Below, in pieces: positions 1 through 12,173 of a stretch of 54,247 bases of DNA (its first letter is position 1; the number at the start of each line of letters is the position of its first letter). The notes under the pieces are model-generated. The model was not told the DNA's origin. It searched no databases and saw only the letters and a program-made list of their open reading frames with translations. The position numbers were made by a program, and so were the translations under genes. The DNA is taken from NCBI GenBank assembly GCA_002633005.1, contig NMRA01001106.1:1-54247 (forward strand), in the 5' to 3' direction. This DNA is from Phoronis australis (lineage: Eukaryota; Animalia; Phoronida).

Positions 1-619
1 TTATTTCACGGTGACAACATACAAGACAATACATTTCGTTGCTCTCACCACAAAAACAGAATCGAAAATAGATAACGAGTCGTTGAATACAGATGTCATA
101 TATACACATATGCAAAAACGTTTCGTTTTAATTGAGTCAAAACATTATCATCGACCAGTGGAAAAAATCCCACAAGTGAGTGTAAATATTAACGTAGATG
201 CATGGTAATATCCATCGCTTAATGAACCTATGGTCAGTGATTGTGTTTATTGTAAGCATGACATGTAAACAGTACGTTATCTACAGTCAGTGCCTTGGCC
301 TTAAAACTAATGTGTTAACTGTTTTTCAGTTAGTAATTGCTTTGGCCTAAAACCAAATTGTTGGCAGTTCAACTCTTGACTAATTTCTCTGGCCTTCCTT
401 GGTTAAGTTGCTCTCTTGAGTTGCACTCTGTACATGCATATTCGTTTAAGCATATAAACGTGCTCAACGTGATTCACAATTTATTGATCTAGTCCAAAAA
501 TATATTCTACTATACCCTTGATTTAATTTGAAACTTTGTTCAAAATTGGATTGCCTTCAGGAAATGTTTTACAATTTTCTTCATTAAACACACCTCTTGC
601 TCTCTTCTTTTCCAGTTTA

Positions 620-1831
620 ATTGTCGGTAACATATGACACTGGAACACAGTCCACACGATAAAATGAATACAATCGTTGTACAAGTATAGTCAAACAACT
701 AATAATGAACAAAAGGCACGACCTCGGGTGACTGCTCCATATTTTACACGAAAAATTTGACTGCAACACGTTTTCATTGGACAACACAGTGTATGCCAAC
801 AAGCTACATTGTAGAGTGTACAAACGCCATGCAGGCTTTCTTAGAGACTGGGTCACATTAAAATAATACTAAACTAGAGTCTTCCTCAAAATGAACCTAT
901 TTTAACATTTTCCCTGTTTTAGTTAAACAAACGATTCATTCTACAAAGAGAATCAATGCGCTATGACCGCTACCAACCCTCAAAAGTTAGCAGGAAGTCT
1001 GAAGAGCCTAGTCTACGAAGTTACTTTGGTATATGTCCGTAATGAGTGTGACCACAGCTGTGGGTGACCGTGGCAAGCTTTTGCCACGGAAGGAAAAAAA
1101 TCATGCCTAAGTAGGTGACAGAGCCTAGGCTGTGTGCTGTAGACGCAATACACTTGCAATTAATGAGCAAGGTCACGCAAGTCTTTGCAAGATTTCGAGA
1201 TACATTTCGAGCGAAACACGTGTCACACTTATGGCTTTGCTCGCGAGTGTCTTGCGTCTATGTAACTCATAGTTTCACCGGATTGGGTGAAATCAGTAAA
1301 TTACCTGTAGGGTTTAGTTGTATTAATAAAAGATCACAAAATAGTTGTTATCCTAAATTATTATGTACACAAATGTTACTGAACGATTGTAAGAGCTGGT
1401 CGACTTGTATACCAGCTAATTACCATGGGGCTCACAGGTACGTGATTTTTGCCTTGCGAGAAACTTGTGACATCTTCAAGGCATCTTTGAACAAGCAAAA
1501 GCGCACGGCGATTGGGTTGACGTGACTTTTTGAATCAATGATGACGTAGGAAGAATTCCAGTTCGCAAGAAAGTGAAAAATCCGCAGGTGCCGTCCGAGT
1601 TGAAGATTTTGCGGCAAATTCTTCCGAAATTCCCAAAAGCAGCTTGAGTCGTTTGCTCTTCGCTGGGCGACGTCAAACTTAGTGTTGTCTGCTCAGTTGG
1701 GACAGGCTGCACGCCCACTGTTACCGGGTCAGCTGGGATAGTCTGAACGCTCACTGTTACCGGGTCAGCTAAGAAAGTCGAAATGCTCGTAGGTACCGGG
1801 TCTCCAGCAGTTTCTTTATTTTTTGCATTGG
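620..1831 (-). pseudogene. Decayed gene with a Pro/Thr/Val-rich spacer and 2-3 PAN/Apple-like domains
   Basis: Acceptor tattcag before 1831, ADPVTV repeats, then CAFACSKMP*RCHKFLARQKSRTCEPH (PAN cysteine spacing broken by TGA at 1476-1478). Frameshifted PAN-like remnants near 1110-1270 (KTLASKAISVTRV / KCISKSC / NCK / VYSTQPRLCHL) and 620-730 (DCIHFIVWTVFQCHML). Domain call by eye only. Confidence 0.5.
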
Positions 1832-1912
1832 CTGAATAAATACACGAGAAAATCTGATAATTAAACCGTAAATGAGACGAATAGTGTGGAAGACCGAGGA
1901 TATATAGCGATA

Positions 1913-2072
1913 TGATGATGAACGATGAACATGATAACGAAGAAGGCGGTGGTGATGGTGATGATGATGGTGGTGGTGATGAAGGTGATGATGACCACGA
2001 TGACGGTGACTCCAAATGATGATGATGTTGATGACTACGATCATGATGGTGTTGATGTTTATGGTAATAATG
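1913..2072. repeat. (GAT/GGT)n degenerate trinucleotide microsatellite
   Basis: Visible gatgatgatg/ggtgatg runs. Confidence 0.9.
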
Positions 2073-2099
2073 ACAAAGGATTATATTGTCACGGCGTGA

Positions 2100-3386
2100 C
2101 AATAATGGACTCTGCGCGTGCGTATTATAGGAATTGTTATGGGAAGTTACTGACAGCAACCCGTTTACCAACATGAAAAGGAATCCTTTAAAATTGTAAG
2201 AGAAATGACATATTAACATTTTGATGACCTTTCCACTAATTGACCTCTACCGGTGCATTATGAGCTCCGATGAGGGAATAATTGTTAACACGATTAAAAG
2301 TGTGGTTAATGCTATAAATGACAGAATTTTGTTTTACTTTGAGATCTTCAGAATACAAGATGAATGAATTGGTCAAACTTTCAGAAGAAAAATGCAGCTA
2401 ATGACCCCATGGGTGCACCAAATGACCTGAAAATTTAGAATTCAAACTCAATCGCACTTAGTAAACAGGTATGTAATTTTGAAGTCTCTAACTCAAAATT
2501 TTAGTTTACACTCAATGACCTTTGACTTATTTTTTCTGATTGGTTAGGCCTATTGCGAAGTAAAGTAGGGTATTCAATTGGCATGTTGACTTACACCAGT
2601 GTACTGAAATTGAAAAGAATTCCTTGAAAAACGTTACAGATATAACATTTTGAATGTTACATGACCTTTGCATTAATTGACCCTATGCGGTGCATTATAA
2701 GCATCTTAAGGAGAATTATTGCAAAGCCCATGAAAAATGTGTTTAATGCTGAGAATCACAGTTGTCTAACGGTTGACACATCACAATACTTGGTGTATGA
2801 AAAGGTCGAATTTTCAGAAGAAAAATGCACCTAATGACCCCGTGATTGCATTAAATGACCTGAAACTTTAGATTCCGAATTGAATTACCTGTGCCAATCA
2901 GACCTGTTAATTTGAAGTTTCTAGCTCAAAATCTTTGTTTGCACCTAATGACCTTTGACCTGTTTAACCTGATTGGATGACCCGATTACTTAGAAAAGTA
3001 ATTTTTAAATTGCCTTATTGAATTATACCTGTGTACCTAATTTGAAAAGAATAGCATTTTAAATAAAGAAGGTGTAGCATTTTGAAAATTACATGACCTT
3101 TGCACCAAATGACCTCTTCCGGTGCATTATTATATATGACTATATAACGAATCAAAATTTATATACTGCCTACCAAATGTTAAATTTGAAGAACATACCT
3201 GCAACCATTTTGGAGTTATTAAGTGTCAAAGTTGGTCGGAAGAAGAATAAGAATAAGAAGAATAAAATTGAATAAAACCCAGGAACAACAGTACTCTGCG
3301 CTTACACGCGCAGAGTAATAAGAAGAATAAAATTGAAGAAAACCCAGGAACAACAGTAATCTGCGCTTACACGAGCAGAGTAATAA
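2100..3386 (+). mobile_element. HINE/Helentron-like non-autonomous element with an internal ~435-bp tandem core
   Basis: actctgcgcgtg (2109-2120) is the exact inverse of 3305-3316. Core repeats start at about 2224, 2661 and 3093 (atgacctt...gacc...ggtgcattat). AAGAAT microsatellite near 3240-3265. 3' stem-loop tactctgcgc-ttacac-gcgcagagta (3292-3317) is duplicated at 3357-3382. Confidence 0.65.
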
Positions 3387-3711
3387 ACGTTCGCTCGAAC
3401 TCCCAGAATAGTCGTCGGATCTACAGACTAAGACAAGAGGAGATAGTGAAACTATATTTCGATACGTCACATCTTCACTAACACTCGAGGTGCCTAGTGT
3501 TGTGACCTGTTGTTATTAGTTTTAACGATGTCTCGATTTATTTCGGCCTGAAGATGAGATATTAACGGACTCGAAATGTAGACGTTTTTTAGAGCAATAG
3601 ACAACACTGACGTGCATTAATCAAATTATGCGTACAAGAGGGGGCGCTGCCTGTTTTAATAATTTTTAGAGAAGCACCCAATTCTTTGTCACAGCATATA
3701 GTTGAAAGTAG

Positions 3712-3715
<4 letters not shown>

Positions 3716-3769
<54 letters not shown>

Positions 3770-3823
3770 TGTATGATGTATGTATGTATATTAGATACAT
3801 GAATGTGTGTGTGCGCGTGCGCA

Positions 3824-3876
<53 letters not shown>
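3716..3876. repeat. Compound microsatellite (TA)n(TATG)n(TG)n
   Basis: Directly visible. Confidence 0.97.
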
Positions 3877-4547
3877 ATGCGTGTGCATGGTCGTGGGCAT
3901 GAGCGTGTGAGTAAAGCTCGATATGGGGCGAGCGAGCGTGTAATTAATATAATTATTACAGGCGTCCCGCAGTTCGAGCGCCAGTTTTGTCTACTAAATA
4001 GCAGCCATCCAATCGCTTCTCAAAATCTACATGTAGGATTTCTGTAATCAGCCATTGCTTACATTTCCATGGTTGGTCACCTTTCCCGCTACGGTTTCGC
4101 GAGAGGAATAAGAAAGAGTAGTTTATATACAAAAGTAATGAGTGCCTCAGTGTGCAATTTCTGAACTAAGATTCCAGAAATGCGAAGTTTATCATCAGAC
4201 TTCAAAGGTGTTAGAATGTTTCGGGAACAAAAGTATATATTTCCACTTAATCGAATGCATTTATAAAAGCCAAGCCATGACCTGACGAGGGAATCGCAGA
4301 TCAACGTCACTGGTTCACCCACTTGGTCCCATAATTTTACTTGTGACACGATGTTTAAATGGTTACAGATAAGGTTTCTCCATACAATTGTGGCAACAAA
4401 TGAATTTCTTGTCAAAATTGGTGTCAAGCGACTCAGTTCTCTGTAAATTGGTGTCAAGAGACTTAGTTTTCTGAACATTTTCTAAAAGAGACCCGGATAA
4501 TATGACACATCTCTACTATTGTATTCAGAACAATGACTTCTTGTCTG

Positions 4548-4698
4548 CAATCAGTCATTTTGTTATTTGACAAAATACAATCAGTCATTTGTTATTTGAC
4601 AAAATATAATCAGTCATTTGTTATTTGACAAAATACAATCAGTCATTTGTTATTTGACAAAATACAATCAGTCATTTGTTATTTGACAAAATACAATC
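4548..4698. repeat. 29-bp minisatellite, about 5 copies (caatcagtcatttgttatttgacaaaata)
   Basis: Near-identical tandem units, no spacers. Confidence 0.95.
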
Positions 4699-5039
4699 TT
4701 TAGGCTCTCGTCTTAGAGACGGATTTTTCAGGATATACAACTCAGATACAAGTTACTAAGGCATACAGGTGTATTTCTTGGAAAATATGACATCTACAGC
4801 CAACCACTCAGAATGCTTCTACTTCAATACAAACGATTAAGAAGAAGGGACTTAAGTACAAGCAAATGGGCAAATATCTGTACTTCAGACACTGTGAACC
4901 TGAAGAATTTAACAGTATGGTCCTCTGAGTCTCTTTTGTTTTCTGGAGTACTCATGGGTTCTAATTCTGTGGACACTTCTGGAAATACGTGCGAGAGTAA
5001 GTGTGATGGGTGAGCGTGTAGGCCTATATGTGTACGTGC

Positions 5040-5086
5040 GAGTGTTGTGTGCTTGCGTGTGTGTGTGCGTGTGTGTGTGTGTGTGT
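5040..5086. repeat. (TG)n microsatellite
   Basis: Directly visible. Confidence 0.9.
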
Positions 5087-8000
5087 TCCATCATTGTGTG
5101 TTGTGCATTGCTTTTGTGTTTTGAATAAATAAAACGAAACTAGGACGATTGGCAGACATTTATCATCGGAGGAGAACCGACAAACACGAATTAATTGAGA
5201 AAAATNTGCTGCTTCGATATTCGGATAGTCGTAAACATTGTCTGCATGTAGCAACATCGTATTACGGTTTTTTGTTACAGCAATTCAATTTGTCAAGCAG
5301 CACAGAAATTGAACTAGCCCTCGTTTCTCCTAATGTGAAACTCAACATTTTCTACTGAATCGCTAGAATGATGGCCATGTCACGTGATGACTGAGACGTG
5401 GCACCCATGAGGAGGTAGCGGTTTGATGTCAAACATGTAAATGTACATGTACATGTAGATAGTACGAGCTAAGCTGGTAATTAAAGTGACGAACCGTGAC
5501 ATTAGGAGTACATGTACCTGCTACAGAATACCCGCTTTGTAGCATTATGCTATGATCTTTAACCTAATATTACGTGACGACAGGTCTAATATGATAATGA
5601 TAAGGTAATTGTTAAGTACGAAAGAAGTCGTTGTCAGGTGGTCGTGGTAGACTGCTTTCTGAAGATGGACGCATAAAATAGATTCTAAAAATGTCTTTAC
5701 ATTAAAATAATCTTATTTCAGTTGCCAACGAAGCACATCCAGAACGTTTACATATCAAAAACTTGCCCTGAAAAATCAAATTGCGAGCTTGCCACACTCC
5801 TTCCAAAATGTGACCTCACAACCTCCTCTCAGTTCCGAACGAATGTCCACACTAATATTATCAGGACAGGGTCTTTTCAGTACATATTTGTTAGGCTTAA
5901 TTAGAATGTTCCTTGGTTTTGCAGAAAATGTGAACTCGAACTCACGCTATCGGAATTTTCACACTCGAACCTGGATACATCGTTGATGTATACATGTAGA
6001 TGGCGCTTTGATCAATTAGAATCTCAAAGAGCTCATTTGTCTCAAGTATGCCGCGCTCGCGCTTCAGCAGCAGACGCTCTCAGGCGAGTCACGTTATCAA
6101 ATTATTAGAGTTCTCTCAATCTACTGCGTATTTTTGGACTGGTGAAAACATCGGTTTCCCTTTTTTGTATTGTTTTAGTTTCATGTCTAAGTCATCTTTT
6201 CACTTTGATACAAATCGAGAGTGAACACTTCGTTGAATTGTCACTATTATCGAAAATAATTAGGGGTCTTTTCATAGCTCCGCTCCTTCATTGCAAAAAC
6301 ATCATCCAAGAACTCTCAAAGTCAGAAGAGTTGATCCAATTTCATCTATTCACAGTTTATAATTTGCAATACTGCCGCGAGCTCAACGAGTCCAAATTTA
6401 TGTATATATTATTTACGTGCCTATTGAAGTATTATTCATTTCATAGGTATATGGATGTGTAATGGCGCGTTCACTAACTCCGCAAAAGTTTGATTGAAAG
6501 CCCAGACAGTTCTGGCGACAATTCCCCACAGAAGTGCGCCCCCCCCCCTTTCCCATGTCGTGCTTGAATAAGAGCCTTGAGACAGCTATCAACTTTCCCC
6601 AACATGTTTATTACATACTACAAAATAATAACTACCATAACAGTAAATTTTATAAACTTAACACAAAAACGTTAACAAAAGGACATTTTTAATAGGATGT
6701 TCTATCGAAACAGAACCCCCGGTGTAAAAGAGATATCCCGGAGTCGAAAACAGACTTCCGCAACTTAAAACAGCTGAACACCCTGATTAACTTCTTGTCA
6801 CATGTCACGAGTGTACGATTGGTAACAAAAATCCGCCAAAAGGATATACAACGCAAGCATATCTTGACTTTTCGGTTTCAGAACTGAAGCACTACCCACG
6901 CTGTGACACGTGACCTACTGTACTGAGCCTGATTTGAAACGATAACAGTTGTTCTCAAGTTCGGATATCTTGTTTTAACTCAGTAACGGACAAGCTATAT
7001 TTATAACAGTTATTGACCTAAAGCAATGTTGCTTTGCTTAGAACGAGCTTAACGCCTCACTTAAGAAATACTTGAATATTGTTAACCATTTTGCCATGCA
7101 ATCAGTTTTTGGGGTGAGTGTAATCAACGCTGGGTATTGGAAAGCAGCGTCAACAGAAAGCTTCTTGATGTCATTTAGTCTATGGGACTGAGTCTGTGAT
7201 TAAAAAAAGGTTAGCATGTTTTTGCAGAAAACCAGAGAAGGCCACTGAAATGACATTACTAAAATTTCCGGCTGAGGATACGTTCAGGATTTATCGCGAG
7301 ATTTCCGTCTTCTAGAAATCCATTTCATAATGTAGTCTAGACTAGTTAATGGCGGCGTAGTTTACCGTTCAGCAGTAAATTCTTCAGGCACACTGGACTT
7401 GCATTGTTGAAAGACAAGACTTGTAAACCTGTTGTAATGACGAGAATGTCAAAGGAACAAGGTCAATCAAGAACTGTATTGTACTGCAGACGAGGGGAGA
7501 ACGAGAGTGGTGGAAAGATGGAACAGGAAGATGAAAAATACCATCTTTTTAGCCAATTCCACTGCGGTAGTGGCGATGTTCTCAGTAATTCGGTTAATCG
7601 GTACAACAACGCCAGACATTCGCCCATTAAATTAGTGTATATATATGTATTCATGCCTAAACACAATGTAGAGGATATACAAGGTTCATTTTATAAACTT
7701 GAATTACACAAGACAAAAGAGTAAGCGTTAAGAAACACTGTTTTTGATAAAGTTTAAAGAAATATTGTTAAAACAAATGGTACATGTATGTTGTCACAAA
7801 CATGACATTTGAAAATGAATTTTGCTTACAAGGGGAACAATAAAAAGTGAGTTTCAGTTGCTAAATAACACATTTTCAAACGGAATAAAATCGACAAAAT
7901 CAACGGGCGTAGCGAGTCATGGTCTCAACTTCCATCGGCAGCTGGGTGTCCCCGTGTCTTCATGGGGCTCCTCCTTGTGCTGATTACCAAGGGTAGCTGC

Positions 8001-8895
8001 CACTCGATTCTTGCCTGGGTTATGCTAAAAATGGTGCTGCATGCGAAGGATATCGACAAAGCGACTGCAGTGAATAGTGTGTGCCTTCTGCTTCGACGAT
8101 GCGCTGCGTTGCGAAAAGGTCCATATTGCCTAAAACAGCCCCAAATAGAGACTTAATTAAGTTATCTAAACCCACTATGTATTCGTGGAGTTCTGAAAAC
8201 GCGTATGTTGTTTTAGATTTATTACTAAGTCAGGTTTTGATGTTAAATTAATACAAATCGGCAGTGAACTCTTAGTTAAATGCTCACTACGATTGAAAAT
8301 TCAGTGTAAGTAGGGATCTGTTCTTGCAACGACCCCAATTTAAGTCCTTATAGATATCTTATCTGCGCATTTTTATTATATCATTAGAATATTTTGTGAA
8401 TCAAAGAGGGCTTCATAATAAAATTGAAGGTTAAATGGTCGAAACAGGATTACTTCTCTAAAACTACATGTCAAACTCTGACTTATATTTTGAGAATTCT
8501 TCACTCTCCCTCTGCGTCAGTCTGTGTTCAACAAAACTGCCATTCATGTTGTGCTGGAGTATGTCACAACTGTAACTGCATACTTACCGTTTAAATTTCA
8601 TTTTCACGCAGATGATAGCCCAAAAACATTGATGGCATTTACACAGTTTAATAAGTGTACTAACGACCAAGGCAAAATAAAAAATCAAAGCAAATTTCAT
8701 TTGTCTCGTTATTACTGCACTTCTCACTTCCATGAATGTTAACGGTTACAAGTTTGAATTTTTAGCATCTTCAAAACGAAACTCTGGCAATGGACATCTG
8801 GACAACTGACATTGACTGCCTGGAATGGCGTTGGCATCAGATTCTGCAACAAAAACCTTGAATTACTATTTGTGTGTGCATTTTGTGCGGAAAAG

Positions 8896-9129
8896 CAGAG
8901 GCAGATCCACGTTTTCAGTAAGAGGGGCGGGTTTAGGATTCACGCAAATCCGAAGCGCGTAGCGTTACGCGTAGGGAAGTTCGGAGTGATTTCTCCCCTC
9001 CCGTGTCAGATTTGTTTTGGTTTTTAGTACCTGATTTCGTTTTCCTGGTGATAGTTTTTTAAATTATTATTGTTGATGTTGTCCCGAGTGGGGGTTGAAA
9101 CCCCTGAACCCCCGGTAGATCCGCTTCTG
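8896..9129. mobile_element. MITE with CAG(A/G)GGCGGATCC-type TIRs
   Basis: cagaggcagatcc ... agatccgcttctg, flanked by the 5-nt direct repeat aaaag. Confidence 0.75.
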
Positions 9130-10371
9130 AAAAGTTTGGACATCTCACAATGTGCAGATTGTCTAACTAGCCAAGTGTCTACCAAACTGTATGTAGAAAT
9201 GCCATTTTTGTGCCTTTGTCAGTTTAAGAAACTCACGGCTTTGCTAACAACTGGTTGATAACATTTGCTGACTACAAATTGGTCTTAATAGTCTTCCATA
9301 GTCCATTCAGAGGTGGTTTCGGGTTAGTGAAAGAATTGCAGATAGCTGTTGCATGAAACCAAATTTAAGTGTTTTCAGGTTGGCTTGCTACTACGTGATT
9401 ACATAAGCATCGTGCTCTAAAGAGCTGCGAGTGTAACCAAACTAGCGTACACTTCTAGTTTGAGTAAAGAACAAGTTTAAGTCAAAGGTCATTTGTCAAT
9501 GTGTGGGCTCAACCAAAATTGAATTTCTTTGACAAAATGTGGATTTACACTCACGTTGAAACCTTTGGCAAGTCTATCAACATAGGTGGGACTTCCGTTC
9601 CACAAAAAGGTGTCTGAAGGTTTTGCATGTTGCCGGGAATTCTTCTACAGAATTTTGTGTTTTTGTTTTGAACCAGAGGTCCCGCTTTTTATACAAATTC
9701 CGATTTTAAATTCAGTTTTTCCGTTTTCTTTTCTCGAATTTTGACAGTAACAAATTTTGCAAAAGGTGTTCAAAATAACATTTGTCTCTCCCTTTTTCGA
9801 GTGTTACGCTACCCTGGGTAATAACAGTATTGATAACAGTGTATTCCAATATCACTTCTTTACTGTAACACACACAACGTACACGTATCGGGATCACTAA
9901 CTCTTGCTTTCTTTTGGTTAGGTTAATGCCTTGTTGTTGCTGTCTATTCTTTTAAACCGTTTTAAATCTACTTTAATTGCTGACCTTCTTTGGACAAAAA
10001 CTTGCTTAATTTGGGCAAACATATTCATGTTGCTCTAATTTAGTACAAGGATGTACACAAACATTTGAAATAATTATTTTGAACCTATGTTCCCGGGATA
10101 TATGAACCCACTCTTTTAAGATTTTTGTCAGTGACCCTACAGTTTACCTTTGGATGCTCTCGTAGAATGACAATTTTATATGGCTTAAATAAAAGACCTG
10201 AACTCGGGATGGATCATCTTCCTGAAAATGTGTACATTGGCTATTGAAGCCAAAATTCATTAGAAATACGAACATTTGTTCACATATATTTAATACTGTA
10301 CATGTATTTACACGAAGGTGGTTATTATGTCGACGGGAAGTCCCAAGTACATGTATATATCCTAATATTCA

Positions 10372-10518
10372 ATTAACAACCAGATATCCTTAAAAACAAA
10401 TAACAAGTAGATATCCTTACAATACAAATAACATGTAGCTATCTTTTCAATACAAATAACAACTAGATATCCTTACAATGAAAATAACAATTAGTTATCC
10501 TTGCAATACCAATAACAA
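10372..10518. repeat. ~28-bp minisatellite, about 5 copies (aataacaactagatatccttacaataca)
   Basis: Degenerate tandem units. Confidence 0.85.
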
Positions 10519-11822
10519 AACAATGTACACATTTAATGAAAAAAATTAGAAGTTTCGAGGTTTTTTCTCAATATTAAATTCTACAATAAAATGTGTGGAA
10601 AAGGGTGCATGTAAATAATTTTATTTACTCAATTACACTCATGCTGTTTCAAATTATACTCATAAAACACTACATTGACCGGGAATATGAACAAGATTGT
10701 ATTGTAATAATGGTTCGTTGATGAAAATCAACAAGTAAAGGTAAACCAACAATGACTCTCCGTATGACTGCGAATTACGATTTTCTTCAACATTCCGTTT
10801 GAACGCCCACATGATGACAATAAACTCCATATAAATAAACCTGTTACGTAAACAACATGCGCCTCCATCACCTCACGAAAACGATAACACGTGGACATAT
10901 CACGTGACACATACAATATAAGAGACACCTACGGGAACATCACCTGTATGAGTAATTCCAAAATGTGTTTAATACGTCTTGCTGAATTGGGAAATCATTC
11001 AATACACGTATATTTAAAGGGGAGTGTTCCAGTATTTAAAGTCACAATTGTAAATATGGTTACGTGACGAACATTTGCAGACGTGTATATTTTCGCAACT
11101 GTACATGTTAATGATGCGCATTTCCGCTCGTTTTAGTTGAGAATCTCATAAGTGGATATTGACGCAAGTCAGTTTAGACAAAACATGATCACTACATGTA
11201 TGCTCATCCAATACAACTCAAACTGTGTTCAAGGTTATATTGCATCACCACCCAAAGTAGCCACCACTGTGAGATACAGTTGACCTATGCATTATGGGTA
11301 CCCACTCAACTGTCGCCATATGTTAAGAGGTTTCCAAGGCAACTCCGCCCACATTGGAAGTTTAGCAGTTAGAAAGGCAAAGTGAAGTTACGATTTTTCA
11401 ATATTTTCGTGATTTTTTCAAGTAGCAAAACTCACATGGTGTTCTGAAAGTATGAATGTAAGGGGAGATGTACCTTTCAATTAAGCTAAATCTTTTCTTT
11501 TCTCTGATTGTAATGACTGTACTATGATGGCAAAAATCCACTCACTCGACAAACTTACTTTGACGCAGTTACCAAATATAACGAAGATCATGAAGGTATA
11601 AGAAGCAATAAAAGAATGTGCTACAGCTCTGTAAATAATGTAATTGCGAGTAAAATGCAATAATAGAACAATGAAAACCGTTCCCAGTCAGAGCCCCGTA
11701 ACTGCAGATTAAACAGTGACACATTGGGGAGCTCAAAATTCAGTGAAAGCTTTGACCAATAGCAGATGTAGCTTCTGGGTCATGCTTATTGGTGATTTTG
11801 TGACCTATAAAATGCCCGGGTT

Positions 11823-12173
11823 TCAAAAAGGTCTTCCGTTGGGGAAAATTTCCATGCATAGTTGTTTATCACTGTCGCTTATGGAGTCGTTCATGGAGTC
11901 GTAGATGGCCTCGATGCAAATCCCTTGTTCAATCGAACGAGGGGCAATTTCAGCAATCGAAACCGTATGAAAGGGTGGAACAGCCGGAAAAATCAACGCG
12001 TGCACCACGGCCACACTGGCTTCCTGTCGCTCGTCAGGTACAAAGCCTGGACAACCGGAACTACCAGTACCAAAATTTGAACTGGTTTTGTAAAGGGCTC
12101 TGCAACTATCATCTAACTTCGGGTAGACGTCGAAGCCAAATCTATCTTGTGACCACTGCTTTAGCTCGTCATG
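11823..12173 (-). CDS. Last coding exon: catalytic Ser motif GTGSSGCP, IEQG, stop TGA
   Basis: atttcag acceptor, 351 nt, phase 0. HDELKQWSQDRFG...FGTGSSGCPGF...HALIFP...IEQGICIEAIY...GRPF*. Confidence 0.92.
   Translation of the reverse strand, partial: HDELKQWSQDRFGFDVYPKLDDSCRALYKTSSNFGTGSSGCPGFVPDERQEASVAVVHALIFPAVPPFHTVSIAEIAPRSIEQGICIEAIYDSMNDSISDSDKQLCMEIFPNGRPF

Noticed and set aside
1476-1478. Selenocysteine codon
   Set aside because: Not at a conserved Cys position, no SECIS recognised, and neighbouring units carry additional stops and frameshifts.
1769-2219. His-, Ser/Pro- or Met/Asp-rich ORFs
   Set aside because: Translations of the (GAT/GGT)n microsatellite; only the part 3' of the acceptor at 1831 looks coding.
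3589-4047. HT/YI/CV-repeat ORFs
   Set aside because: Dinucleotide and tetranucleotide microsatellite artefacts.
4548-4698. 29-bp repeat of CRISPR-repeat length
   Set aside because: No spacers; a plain minisatellite.
4380-5360. Possible upstream minus-strand exons of the PAN-like gene (e.g. about 4768-4794 DVIFSKKYT; about 4385-4482 with SLDTN repeats; about 4900-4978)
   Set aside because: Plausible acceptors, but donors and phases are ambiguous and there is no recognisable homology. An N at 5206 adds uncertainty.
6142-6462. 106-aa plus-strand ORF with a hydrophobic start
   Set aside because: GTG start, no recognisable domain, no supporting splice structure.
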